DNA from: an uncultured Verrucomicrobiae bacterium
GTDB lineage: Bacteria; Verrucomicrobiota; Verrucomicrobiia; Palsa-1439
Reading direction: 5' to 3'
Assembly (NCBI GenBank): GCA_963812605.1
Contig: CAWEWF010000013.1
Span: 30,735-94,734 of the forward strand
DNA: 64,000 nucleotides
The notes beneath the pieces were generated by a model. It searched no databases, had not been told where the DNA came from, and was given only the letters and a program-made list of their open reading frames with translations. Made by a program: the position numbers and the translations under genes. Shown here piece by piece: positions 1 to 9,253 of this stretch. Numbering within the stretch: the stretch's first letter is position 1; every line of letters starts with the position of its first letter.

Positions 1-350
1 ACCTTCCTCGACAACGCCAGAATCAGCGCAAACGTGTGTTCCGCCACGGTATTCTCGCCATAAAAAGGGACGTTACATACCGTGATTTCCCGCTTGGCGC
101 ATTCCGCCATGTCGATGTGATCGAATCCGGTGGATCGCGTAGCGACCATCCGCAACTTCGGCAATTTCGCCAGCCGCTTCGCCGTCAACTTCGAATAGAT
201 GAATGGCGAGACAATCTCCGCATCTACGATCAACGCGAGATCTTTGTCCTCCAGCACGTCGCGGAACGCAGCCAGTTCATGCGCGCTATCCACCCGTCCG
301 CGCAAATATTTTTCTTCCCAGTCATGAAGTTCGAGAAATGCAATCTTCAT
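1..350 (-). CDS. D-isomer-specific 2-hydroxyacid (D-lactate-type) dehydrogenase, N-terminal part, runs off window edge
   Basis: Not in the ORF track; hand-translated from ATG at 350: MKIAFLELHDWEEKYL...LPKLRMVATRSTGFDHID...VCNVPFYGENTVAEHTFALILALSRK, with typical D-2-hydroxyacid dehydrogenase motifs. Confidence 0.88.
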   Translation of the reverse strand, partial: MKIAFLELHDWEEKYLRGRVDSAHELAAFRDVLEDKDLALIVDAEIVSPFIYSKLTAKRLAKLPKLRMVATRSTGFDHIDMAECAKREITVCNVPFYGENTVAEHTFALILALSRK

Positions 351-652
351 CAAATCGTCCGTGTCAGTCTGTCTCGCCAGTACCTTGGCCTTCGATGCAA
401 ATGGGCGATTGCGACGATGAGAATGCCCGTTGGGCGAACTGAATAAACCACGCCATACGGGAAGCGGTTGGTGCGGCATCGCCGCGTACGACGTGACAGC
501 TTCTCCCACGCCTGCGGGTGCTTGAGAATGCGTTGAATCGTGTGCGCGATCTCGTTGGCGAACTCGTCACCCAGCGCTTGTTGTCGAGCTTCGTAATAGT
601 GAACCGCATCTTCCATCTCAGCTCGCGCTGGCGGAAGAAACTGGCAGGTCAT
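350..652 (-). CDS. Type II toxin-antitoxin system RelE/ParE-family toxin
   Basis: 100 aa; PARAEMEDAVHYYE...RRCRTNRFPYGVVY...IVAIAHLHRRPRYW. Confidence 0.88.
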   Translation of the reverse strand: MTCQFLPPARAEMEDAVHYYEARQQALGDEFANEIAHTIQRILKHPQAWEKLSRRTRRCRTNRFPYGVVYSVRPTGILIVAIAHLHRRPRYWRDRLTRTI

Positions 653-882
653 GGCCGCTTGCGCGCGCGTAGCTTGCGAAACACCTCGCGCGCGGGGATG
701 GTTTTCATTTCACCGCGTTCGAATGCATCGACGCGGGCTTCTGCCTCGTTAGCCCAGAGGGAATCAATTTCCTTCTGATTTGGGTCGTCGAGGCTTCGCA
801 ATAATTGCTCGGCCAGCTTCGCCCGCGAACGAGGTGGCAGTTTCAAAGCCACCTTCGTCACTTTTGCGGTCTGTCTAATCAT
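649..882 (-). CDS. Addiction-module antitoxin component
   Basis: 77 aa; ALKLPPRSRAKLAEQLLRSLD...W..EAEARV..FERG; 4-nt overlap with the toxin. Confidence 0.85.
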   Translation of the reverse strand: MIRQTAKVTKVALKLPPRSRAKLAEQLLRSLDDPNQKEIDSLWANEAEARVDAFERGEMKTIPAREVFRKLRARKRP

Positions 883-898
883 GGCTCACGCAGCTGTT

Positions 899-927
899 AC
901 CATAACCGAACCGTTAGCCGTATTCAA
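899..927 (-). promoter_or_regulatory. Putative sigma70 promoter of the TA operon
   Basis: TTGAAT-N17-TATGGT on the minus strand upstream of the antitoxin ATG. Confidence 0.45.
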
Positions 928-951
928 GAACGGCCACCGATTGGCGTTGTC

Positions 952-1065
952 CTAATTTGGAAAAAGATTGTGGAGTTGATGCCGAGAGATAAAATACGCA
1001 ATCCATACTAGGATGATGAAGCAAGTAGTGATTCCGATCACCCACCCGTTGCGACTAGCATTCAT
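952..1065 (-). CDS. Putative 37-aa single-TM small protein
   Basis: MNASRNGWVIGITTCFIILVWIAYFISRHQLHNLFPN*; ATGA overlap with the upstream ORF stop. Confidence 0.35.
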   Translation of the reverse strand: MNASRNGWVIGITTCFIILVWIAYFISRHQLHNLFPN

Positions 1066-1301
1066 TTCTTTAAATCCGCCACAATCGACACCCGCACAGC
1101 CCTGCGAGGTGAATCCACGGGCGAAATGCCCAAGATCGTCACAACTCGCACCTCGTTGCCAGTATAGTACACTTCACGCAAGTGCTGGATTTCATTGAGA
1201 AGGGTATACAATCCCCGTGTGCCGCGCGGAACAAAATGTATTTTGTCACGCGCCTCCCATTCTGCACAGCGTTTCACGAATCTGAGATCTGAAATGGCCA
1301 T
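1062..1301 (-). CDS. Hypothetical protein, possibly a truncated GIY-YIG-like fragment
   Basis: 79 aa, AGGAG RBS, directly after the Lrp/AhbAB gene; PRGTRGLYTLL resembles the first GIY-YIG motif. Confidence 0.4.
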   Translation of the reverse strand: MAISDLRFVKRCAEWEARDKIHFVPRGTRGLYTLLNEIQHLREVYYTGNEVRVVTILGISPVDSPRRAVRVSIVADLKK

Positions 1302-1312
1302 TGGGTCTCCTT

Positions 1313-2449
1313 TTAGGTTACCTGTCCCAGATCAAGTCCAATACTTTGGCACCATTCACGGTAGGCGAAAGGCGAAATCTCGCTCGGCTTGATTTCACTG
1401 CGACCTCCCCAAAAGACGTTGGTGTAAGAGACCGGAATGCCGGCTTCCAGGAGATGTTCGTCAATGGCCGCTTTATGGGCAAGGAGCACCGTTTTGTCCG
1501 TACCGTGAGCGACACCCATGACGTTGACATGGTGAAACTCGGGGCCAGCCTCGCGCCAATAGGCGTGGGTCATGATGTGATGTCGACCCACTTCACGGCC
1601 TGCCTCGATTTCGCGACCGCTCGGCACGGCCCAGTGAAACAGGGCGTTGTAGCGGGTCACCGCCTCGCCATTCGCAACTGGCTTCACGTGTTCCAGAAAC
1701 GTTGAGAAACGACCGATGATCTTTCGGCGGTTCAGGTTTTCCGCGACTTCCAAAAACGTGTCCAACGGCACCGTTGCTTCCTTCGCGCGGGCGACCCAGA
1801 TGTCGGAAACAAGCTCCTCCGGTGTGAATTCACGTTTCAGCGCGACAAGGACCCGCCACTCTGTCTCGTCGAGGGTAACGACCGATACGTCCGTAACCTC
1901 CGCGAGGACTTCGGCGCGGCTACCAGGCTTGAGTCCGCGACGCCGCACGTGACCGACCCCCAGCGCAAAGAGTTTTTTTGCGGGCAACAACAGGAACTTC
2001 TCGGCGCCCGTCTGCTGACACAAAAACTCGCAGTGTTTCGTCATCGAAAACCCTTGCGGCACTTTTACCGTGGTCCAAAGCCGGTATTTCGATCCGGCGG
2101 TGATTGTGTCGGTCGTGCGGATGACGACGTGCCCGCTAAACGGGTCTTGCTGAAACATGTAATCGAAGGCCGTTTCCAGTTTTTCGGCGGGCACCTGCCA
2201 GGCCACGAGCGCACCCTGGGCGAGATTCGTTGCCAGCAACGTTTGCCGCACCCGCCGGATCGTGCCCGCGCGCAACATCGCCTGGATGCGTTCGATGACC
2301 ACGGGCAATTCGAGGCCCGATTGTCGCGCGATTTCCCCGAGCGGATCACGCTGGAAGCCTTGCAGACGATCCTCGGAAACCGCGAGGATCTTCGCATTGA
2401 TCGGATCGTTGGTGCTGACGGAAATGGAAGCGGCAACCATGCGCGTCAT
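1313..2449 (-). CDS. Tandem Lrp/AsnC-like protein, siroheme decarboxylase (AhbA-AhbB/NirDL-like) fusion
   Basis: Two wHTH + RAM repeats (GTIRRV...; IIGRFS...H; THAYWR; YRLWT). Confidence 0.65.
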   Translation of the reverse strand: MTRMVAASISVSTNDPINAKILAVSEDRLQGFQRDPLGEIARQSGLELPVVIERIQAMLRAGTIRRVRQTLLATNLAQGALVAWQVPAEKLETAFDYMFQQDPFSGHVVIRTTDTITAGSKYRLWTTVKVPQGFSMTKHCEFLCQQTGAEKFLLLPAKKLFALGVGHVRRRGLKPGSRAEVLAEVTDVSVVTLDETEWRVLVALKREFTPEELVSDIWVARAKEATVPLDTFLEVAENLNRRKIIGRFSTFLEHVKPVANGEAVTRYNALFHWAVPSGREIEAGREVGRHHIMTHAYWREAGPEFHHVNVMGVAHGTDKTVLLAHKAAIDEHLLEAGIPVSYTNVFWGGRSEIKPSEISPFAYREWCQSIGLDLGQVT

Positions 2450-2455
2450 TTTACT

Positions 2456-3034
2456 CTAACTGGCGAGCCCTGCCAGCGCTTTCTCGACGAGCGCGCGCTG
2501 ATCAGCGTTCATCGGAAGAGTCAGCGCGATCTCACGCGCCTGAGGCGTCATTTTTTGCCACGTCTTTCGCAGAATGCCAATCATCTTCTCGTCGCCGGTT
2601 TTGGCCGTGGTCTCGACGAACTGTGTTTCCAAGAACAACAGGCAGAGCGCGTCTTCGAGCACGCGACCTTCCGGGTTGCGGGGGAAATTACGTTTGCGAA
2701 TCAGGTCCTGGACGCGCCCCGCTGCTGTTTCCTCGTAGCCGAGTTCCCGCAGGATCTCCCCGGCTTTCCGGGCGTGGAATTGTTTCAAATCTTCGCGCCA
2801 CTTCAGATAGCCGATGCGCCCCGCTGGATACGATTCGCGCGGAATCATCCAGCGGCAAATGTGTTGCGCGCGCGCCGCCAGGCGGAGTTCTTCGGAAGCG
2901 TTGGGCGCGAGGCGTTCGACCCAGGCGCTGAGGCGCTGGGCGTAAGGTAGCTCTACGCCGCGCGGATCCTGGGCGTTGGCAGCGTCAAACTGTTTCAGGG
3001 CGTCCTGAAATCTGGACGATGTAGGAGTAGCCAC
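2456..3034 (-). CDS. DUF4202 family protein
   Basis: FDAANAQDP, ELRLAARAQHICRW.IPR..YP.GR.GYLKWR, LEDALCL.FLE. Confidence 0.85.
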   Translation of the reverse strand: MATPTSSRFQDALKQFDAANAQDPRGVELPYAQRLSAWVERLAPNASEELRLAARAQHICRWMIPRESYPAGRIGYLKWREDLKQFHARKAGEILRELGYEETAAGRVQDLIRKRNFPRNPEGRVLEDALCLLFLETQFVETTAKTGDEKMIGILRKTWQKMTPQAREIALTLPMNADQRALVEKALAGLAS

Positions 3035-3082
3035 AACGCGAGCATACGAGAAATCCCTGTAGACGGCAACCCGTGGAGAGTG

Positions 3083-4705
3083 TCAACCCCAACGCAGTGG
3101 ACGTTTCTGGATGTGGCGTTTCAAGATCCAATACGCCGTGACCACGACGGCAATCTCGACGGTCAACAGGACCGACAAGAGGTTCATCTCGGATGCGACA
3201 TAGGAAATGCCAGCCACGATCCCCATCGTAAGCATCGTGCCGATCATCAAAGTCGTGTTTTTCGCGCTTTGGGTGCCGACCTGTGGTGACCGGGACAGCG
3301 GCAGGTAGGTGTCCACGCAAGCGGGTAGGAGCGACACGATGGGTATGGCTACGAGACCGGGCAATGCCAGAAGCAGGGCGGACCGGCTGTGGATCACGAA
3401 TACAAGCAGCGCGGACGCGAGGCAAAGGGCGGGTATCATGAGATAGAAGATGGTCGCTTTCCGCACACCGAGGAAAATAGACGCGCCGCTCTCCAGCGGT
3501 GCGGTGGCAAAAATGTCGGCAGCCGCGGCTTGCGAGGAAGTACGCAGCGTTTCCATCGCGATGATGGGAAGTTGGCCGAGCATCCAGACCGTCAACAGCG
3601 GGATGAACGGGGAAGCCCCGGTTCGCCGATCCAGCAAGCCCATCAGCGGGAAGACCAAAAAAGAACCCAGTGAGGGGTACAGGCGCAACTTGATTTCACG
3701 GTCGCGGTGCATATAGGCGGCCGCCAACCGGAACGAGGCCCGCTCGATGGGATCGGGCATCCACCAGCGGAAAAAAGGATTACGGCGGCGGTTCGTTTGT
3801 TGGGGCGCGCGTCTCGATTTGGCGGCGCGCTGCCGGGTCTCGCCGAGTTTGGCGAGCGCTTCCCCGTAACTCGGGGCCAACTTGCCGATGGCGGAATACG
3901 TTAACACGCCGGTGGCCGCGAAACCGATGAGCACGAGTCCCCAGACAGAATGTTGGGCTGATTGTCTGCTGCCGATCGCGTCCATGGCGGCGAACCATGC
4001 GGGTGGCAATGGCAGCAGAAACGGCGAATTCTCCAGGTTCAACCCGTCGAAGCGTTGCATGAGCCGTGGCATCAATTGGTATCCGCCCACGAACAAAAAT
4101 GACATGGCAACCTGGGTCCACGCGGCAAAGTTGTCGAATTTCTCCCGATTGAGGAAGCGGACGATCAATCCGTAGGTGCAAACGACGGCGGCGCAGCAAA
4201 ACACGCTGAGCAGGGCGATGGAGGCGATGTGTGTCAAGGGAAACCACCACTGCGCTCCGTGCGCTGCCAATCCGAAAAACACGGGGAAGAAATTCAAGGA
4301 ACCGGCGAGGAATAAGGCCAACCCGACCAGATTCAGTCCTTTCGCCAAGAGGAGCGTTCGCGAGTGGATCGGTCGATGAAGCAACACGTCAGACTCGTTC
4401 GCGCTGAAAAGAATGTCCCCCGACTCGGAGGTGATCGCCATACCCACGACGAGAAATGTCATGCTGTGCAGGATCATGGCGTAGGTGAACACATTCATGT
4501 GCGCGAAGACCGACAAGCTGGTCGTCAGCCCGACGAGCATGTACATCGCCGCAATGAACAACAGCCCGCGCGGTTTGCCGCTCTGCCGGCGGCGCATCGA
4601 CCCGGCCAACTTGCCGCGCGTGCTGAGGCGCCAGTAACATCGCAACAACGCGCGGAGTTGCGGACCATCGATCACACGAGACCCCGGTGTGCCCGTGGCG
4701 GTCAT
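3083..4705 (-). CDS. ABC transporter permease (multi-TM)
   Basis: Many TM helices; start placed at ATG 4705, which overlaps the ATPase stop (ATGA). Confidence 0.7.
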   Translation of the reverse strand: MTATGTPGSRVIDGPQLRALLRCYWRLSTRGKLAGSMRRRQSGKPRGLLFIAAMYMLVGLTTSLSVFAHMNVFTYAMILHSMTFLVVGMAITSESGDILFSANESDVLLHRPIHSRTLLLAKGLNLVGLALFLAGSLNFFPVFFGLAAHGAQWWFPLTHIASIALLSVFCCAAVVCTYGLIVRFLNREKFDNFAAWTQVAMSFLFVGGYQLMPRLMQRFDGLNLENSPFLLPLPPAWFAAMDAIGSRQSAQHSVWGLVLIGFAATGVLTYSAIGKLAPSYGEALAKLGETRQRAAKSRRAPQQTNRRRNPFFRWWMPDPIERASFRLAAAYMHRDREIKLRLYPSLGSFLVFPLMGLLDRRTGASPFIPLLTVWMLGQLPIIAMETLRTSSQAAAADIFATAPLESGASIFLGVRKATIFYLMIPALCLASALLVFVIHSRSALLLALPGLVAIPIVSLLPACVDTYLPLSRSPQVGTQSAKNTTLMIGTMLTMGIVAGISYVASEMNLLSVLLTVEIAVVVTAYWILKRHIQKRPLRWG

Positions 4706-5472
4706 TGGGTGAGCCCGCGGGCAAATTCCTCGGCGCGTGCCAGCAGGTTGCGCGTGCCGGTCAGTTGATTGAAGATGTGTTCGAGGGACTGCTCCCCGCA
4801 ACGCTGCTGCAACTCGGCCAGCGTTCCGTCCGCCAGAATCCGTCCCTGATGCAGGATCACAATGCGCTGGCAAATCCGTTCCACGACGTCGAGGATGTGC
4901 GAACAAAACACCACCGTTTTGCCCTCGCGCGCCAGCGAGGTGATCAAGGTCTTCACGCTGAGAGCGACGTTGGCATCAAGACCATTGAGCGGTTCGTCGA
5001 AGAAGATGACCTGCGGATTGTGCAGGAGGGCGGAGGTAATCACCACTTTCTGCCGCATTCCTTTCGAATAGGCGGACAGTTGTTTGTCGTGCAGCGTTCC
5101 CTCGTCCAATTCGAAGAACTGGCCGAAGCGCCGGATGCGGGCGTGCGCTTCGTCGTCGGGAATGTGATAGAGCGCCGCCACGAGTTCGAGGTATTCCCAG
5201 CCCGTCAGCGATTCGAACACCGCGCCGCTTTCCGGCACGTAGCCGACGACCCGTTTCACCTCCAGCGGCTGGCGCACCACGTCGAAGCCGAATACTTCCG
5301 CCGTCCCGGAACTGGGCAGCAGCATTCCCGTCAGCATCTTGATCGTCGTGGATTTCCCAGCGCCGTTGGGTCCCAGCAGGCCGACCAATTGGCCTGCGGG
5401 AATTTCCAGGTCAATCGCCCGGACGGCTTCCTGTTCTCCAAATCGCTTCGACAATTGGCGGATACTGATCAC
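4702..5472 (-). CDS. ABC transporter ATP-binding protein
   Basis: Walker A GPNGAGKST, signature YSKGMRQK, Walker B IFFDEP; probable GTG start at 5472. Confidence 0.92.
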   Translation of the reverse strand: MISIRQLSKRFGEQEAVRAIDLEIPAGQLVGLLGPNGAGKSTTIKMLTGMLLPSSGTAEVFGFDVVRQPLEVKRVVGYVPESGAVFESLTGWEYLELVAALYHIPDDEAHARIRRFGQFFELDEGTLHDKQLSAYSKGMRQKVVITSALLHNPQVIFFDEPLNGLDANVALSVKTLITSLAREGKTVVFCSHILDVVERICQRIVILHQGRILADGTLAELQQRCGEQSLEHIFNQLTGTRNLLARAEEFARGLTQ

Positions 5473-5623
5473 GTCGTCGCTCCCGTTCCCTTTCGGGCAA
5501 GGATACCAACAGTGATTCGAGAAGCCCAGTTGATACTTTGGCAACAGGCCGATGCCCGTTGCGCAGGTGACGAAAATCCGCTAGTCTATTGGCCAATGAA
5601 CAATGGGGAGGATGGCAACACGC

Positions 5624-5938
5624 ATGAGTGATTTGATCAAGGTGGCCGAAGTCGGTGATCTGCAACCGGGCGAGTGCAAGACCGTGGCGGTTGGCGAGCG
5701 CGAGCTGGCTCTTTACAATGTGGACGGGAAATTCTGCGCGACCGACAATGTCTGCCCGCACCGCGGCGGACCGTTGGGCGAGGGGACGCTGGACGGTTCG
5801 GTGGTGACCTGTCCATGGCACGGGTGGCGGTTTGACGTGTGCACCGGGCAATCGCCGGTCATTCCGACCGCGAAAGTTGAGAAGTTCGATTGCGTGGTCG
5901 AAGGCAACGATGTGAAGGTGAAGCTCGATGGCAATTAA
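5624..5938 (+). CDS. Rieske [2Fe-2S] ferredoxin
   Basis: CPH...CPWH motif. Confidence 0.92.
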   Translation: MSDLIKVAEVGDLQPGECKTVAVGERELALYNVDGKFCATDNVCPHRGGPLGEGTLDGSVVTCPWHGWRFDVCTGQSPVIPTAKVEKFDCVVEGNDVKVKLDGN

Positions 5939-6209
5939 ATCGGCTTACGAACTGGCACTGGAACGCATGGGCGGGGAACCGGGCAAGAAACTCACGCCAC
6001 AGCAGAAGGCGAAACTCGCGGAACTCGATCGGGTCTACGCCGCGAAAATCGCCGAGGAAGAGCTGTCGCTGAACCCGAAGATCTCTGCCGCGCGCGCGGC
6101 AGGCGACCTGGAGGGAGCGCAGAAACTCGAAGAGACCTTGCGGGCGCAGGTCCAGAAGTTACGCGGCAAACTTGATGCCGAAAAAGAAGCGGCACGGCAA
6201 GGGAAGTGA
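5928..6209 (+). CDS. Small helical hypothetical protein
   Basis: MAIKSAYELALERMG...; overlaps both neighbours. Confidence 0.75.
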   Translation: MAIKSAYELALERMGGEPGKKLTPQQKAKLAELDRVYAAKIAEEELSLNPKISAARAAGDLEGAQKLEETLRAQVQKLRGKLDAEKEAARQGK

Positions 6210-6897
6210 AACGCGCTGTTTGTGCCCTCGTCAGCGGCGGCCTCGACAGTTGCGTGATGCTCGCCGAGTTGGCTCGCCGGTACCGGAAGAGTTTATCCTG
6301 TCTTCATTCGCTACGGACTCGTGTGGGAGACGGCGGAGTTGCGTCACCTGAAGAAATTTCTCCGCCACGCCAGAATCCCGCGCGTCCAATCGTTGACGGT
6401 TCTTGATTTGCCCGGTCCGTGACCTCTACGGCGCTCATTGGAGCACCACGGGTCGCAACGTGCCGCGCGCCAAAACGCCCGACGAAGCCGTGTACCTGCC
6501 CGGGCGCAATTTGTTGCTCCTGTCCAAAGCCGCTGTCTTCTGTGCCCTCCACAAGATCGATACGATGGCCGTCGGCTCTCTCGACCACAATCCCTTTCCC
6601 GATGCCACGCCAAAGTTTTTCCGCGAATTCGCGACCGTGGCGGGTGGCGCGCTGGGTTTTCGCATCAAGGTCATCGCCCCGTTCCGAACGCTCTCCAAGG
6701 GGAAAGTGCTTCGTCGCGGTAGGTCGCTCCCGCTGCATCTGAGTTTTTCCTGTATCGCCCCGCGTCATGGAATGCATTGCGGTCGCTGCAACAAGTGCGC
6801 GGAACGGCAACACGCATTTCGCGAAGCTGGTGTGGAGGATTTGACGCGGTATGTAACAGCTTTCAAAAGGAGATTGGAAGGACAAAATAGAAAATGA
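6206..6897 (+). CDS. QueC/ExsB-family protein (7-cyano-7-deazaguanine synthase-like); two apparent frameshifts near 6289 and 6412
   Basis: SGGLDS, YLPGRN, SC...CGRCNKC; the middle segment VYPVFIRYGLVWETAEL is in a third frame. Confidence 0.75.
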
Positions 6898-6979
6898 AAA
6901 TTGAACTCGGCAAGTTAATCTTGAATTCTACAGGCAGGAGGGGCCGGGCGGCGACATCCGGGAGTGGAGCTCGGTTATA

Positions 6980-7165
6980 TATCGTTAAACGATAATTTTG
7001 CTGGACACGGGGTGGCGGAAAATGTAGAAGCAGAAGGATGAGAGATGAAGATGGAATTCGGAATCCAGAAATCAGGAGCCAGAAGGGGCCTGAGCCCATT
7101 TTGGCAGGGTTGCCGTGGCCGAGGAAGAGCACAAAAAATACACAAATTACGAAACGAACCCCCCT
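6980..7165 (+). repeat. Dispersed palindrome-promoter-IR element, copy D (degenerate)
   Basis: TATCG-N5-CGATA 6980-6994, TGGACA 7002, N17, TAGAAG 7025, CGAAACGAACCC ~7150; no clear partner arm. Confidence 0.6.
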
Positions 7166-7493
7166 GTTAACATGCTGCTTTACAAGGGTTTATCGCAGCG
7201 GGTGTCAAAAACCGGCCGGGGTTAATGCGGTGCCGGAGTTGATGATGGCAATCAACGGACGCGTGGCGGCGCGTCCCTACCGCGGGATCAGGATGCGGCG
7301 CGTGATGGACGACATCCGCCCCTGCGTGCGTTGCCCTTCGGGTTGCGACCCAGGCACTACATGGTCGGTTTGCCGTACACGACAACGGCGTGTCGTCGGA
7401 CTCCGCTCCGTCGGACTCGGCTTCGAAACGACGGAGTTCGTTTGCCGATTTCAGGTTTCCGTTGTTTACGTACTCGTGCTATCAATCTACGGC

Positions 7494-8942
7494 ATGGCCT
7501 ACGATTCTTTGCGCGACTTCGTCCAGAAGTTGGCTGCGGCGGGGGAACTGAAGCGAATTCCTGTCGAGGTCGATCCCGTTCTCGAAATCACCGAGATCGC
7601 CGACCGCGAGATGAAGTTGCCCGGGGGCGGGAAGGCGTTGCTTTTCGAGAAATGCAAAGGCGCGCAGTTTCCGCTGCTGATCAATGCGTATGGTTCGACG
7701 AAACGCATGGCATTGGCACTGGGAGTCGAAAATGTCGACGACATTGCGCGTGAACTGGGGGGATTGCTCAAGGCGAAACCGCCAACTTCGTTTACGGAGG
7801 CCATCGCGCTCCTCGGCACGGCCTTCGAATTGCGGCACGCGAAGCCGAAAACCGTGAAGTCGGGGCCGTGCCAGGAAACTGTTGAGTCAGGACCCGATCT
7901 CGCCGCGTTGCCGATCCAGAAGTGCTGGCCGCAGGATGCGGGGCGATTCATCTGCCTGCCGCTGGTCATCACGCGCGATCCCGATACGGGTGCGCGCAAT
8001 GTGGGTTGTTACCGGATGCAGGTGATCGATGGGCGCACGACCTTTATGCACTGGCAACTGCACAAAACCGGTGCGCGCCATTGGCGGCGCTACCGGGAAT
8101 TGAAGAAGCGCATGCCGGTGACGGTAGCGCTCGGCGGCGATCCCGTGTACGCCTTCGCAGCGACGGCGCCGCTGCCGGATGGCATCGACGAGATGATGTT
8201 GGCGGGATATCTGCGCAAGAAATCGGTGGAGATGGTGAAGTGCGGGACGAACGACCTGGAAGCGCCGGCGGACTGCGATTTTGTGCTGGAAGGTTACGTG
8301 GACCCGGAAGAGAACCTCGATCTCGAAGGCCCATTCGGCGATCACACGGGCTATTATACATTGCCCGAATTGTACCCGAAATTTCACATCGAACGCATCA
8401 CCCATCGGCGCGACGCGGTTTATCCGAGCACGATCGTGGGTGTGCCGCCGATGGAAGATTTCTACATGGGCACGGCGAGCGTGCGGATTTTTCTGCCAGT
8501 ATTTCAAATGAACTTCAATGAGATCGTGGACATGGCGCTGCCCGCCGAAGGCGTGTTCCACAATCTCGTCGTGGTCTCGATCAAAAAACAATTCCCCTAT
8601 CACGCGATGAAGGTGATGCACGGGCTCTGGGGCATGGGGCAAATGATGTTCACCAAGATCATCGTGGTCGTGGACGAAGACGTGGACGTCCATAACATGA
8701 GCGAAGTGCTCTTCCGCCTCACCGCCAATATCGATCCCGACCGCGACGTTATCTTCACCAAAGGTCCCGCCGATGTGCTCGACCACGCCACGCCGGTCAT
8801 GGGATTTGGCAGCAAGATCGGCATTGATGCCACGCACAAGATCAAAGGCGAAGGCAACACGCGCCCCTGGCCGCCCATCATCAAGATGGACGAGGCTGTC
8901 CAGAAGCGCGTGGACGAGTTACTGGGCCATGCCACCCAGTGA
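7494..8942 (+). CDS. UbiD-family prFMN-dependent decarboxylase (menaquinone futalosine-pathway type likely)
   Basis: MAYDSLRDFV..L...GEL, EGPFGDHTGYY, LWGMGQMMFTK, DVLDHA, KIGIDAT; start at ATG 7494. Confidence 0.9.
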   Translation: MAYDSLRDFVQKLAAAGELKRIPVEVDPVLEITEIADREMKLPGGGKALLFEKCKGAQFPLLINAYGSTKRMALALGVENVDDIARELGGLLKAKPPTSFTEAIALLGTAFELRHAKPKTVKSGPCQETVESGPDLAALPIQKCWPQDAGRFICLPLVITRDPDTGARNVGCYRMQVIDGRTTFMHWQLHKTGARHWRRYRELKKRMPVTVALGGDPVYAFAATAPLPDGIDEMMLAGYLRKKSVEMVKCGTNDLEAPADCDFVLEGYVDPEENLDLEGPFGDHTGYYTLPELYPKFHIERITHRRDAVYPSTIVGVPPMEDFYMGTASVRIFLPVFQMNFNEIVDMALPAEGVFHNLVVVSIKKQFPYHAMKVMHGLWGMGQMMFTKIIVVVDEDVDVHNMSEVLFRLTANIDPDRDVIFTKGPADVLDHATPVMGFGSKIGIDATHKIKGEGNTRPWPPIIKMDEAVQKRVDELLGHATQ

Positions 8943-9225
8943 CTTCATCTGTCCGGCTTGCGGCGCCGAAGTTCCTGGTGGCGCCATGGCCTGCCCCGAA
9001 TGCGGTGCGGACGAGAAGACGGGCTGGTCCCCAGATACGATCTATGATGGGACTGACATCGAAGATCCGGATGAATTCGACCACGATAATTGGAAGCGGC
9101 GCGAGATCGATGGTCGCGGGCCCCGTCGGACGAAGCGGCAATGGTTCTGGTGGGCAATCGGCTTGGTGATTTTGGCGGCGCTGTTGTGGTTGTTCGCGGT
9201 GCGACTATGGTGCGCGATCCCATAG
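8929..9225 (+). CDS. Zinc-ribbon small membrane protein
   Basis: CPACG..CPECG plus a C-terminal TM helix. Confidence 0.75.
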   Translation: MPPSDFICPACGAEVPGGAMACPECGADEKTGWSPDTIYDGTDIEDPDEFDHDNWKRREIDGRGPRRTKRQWFWWAIGLVILAALLWLFAVRLWCAIP

Positions 9226-9253
9226 GCCATTACGCAGGGAGTTTCACCGAATC

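Noticed and set aside
7038-7493. 150-aa N-terminal extension of the UbiD protein
   Set aside because: It crosses repeat-rich intergenic DNA; family homology starts at ATG 7494
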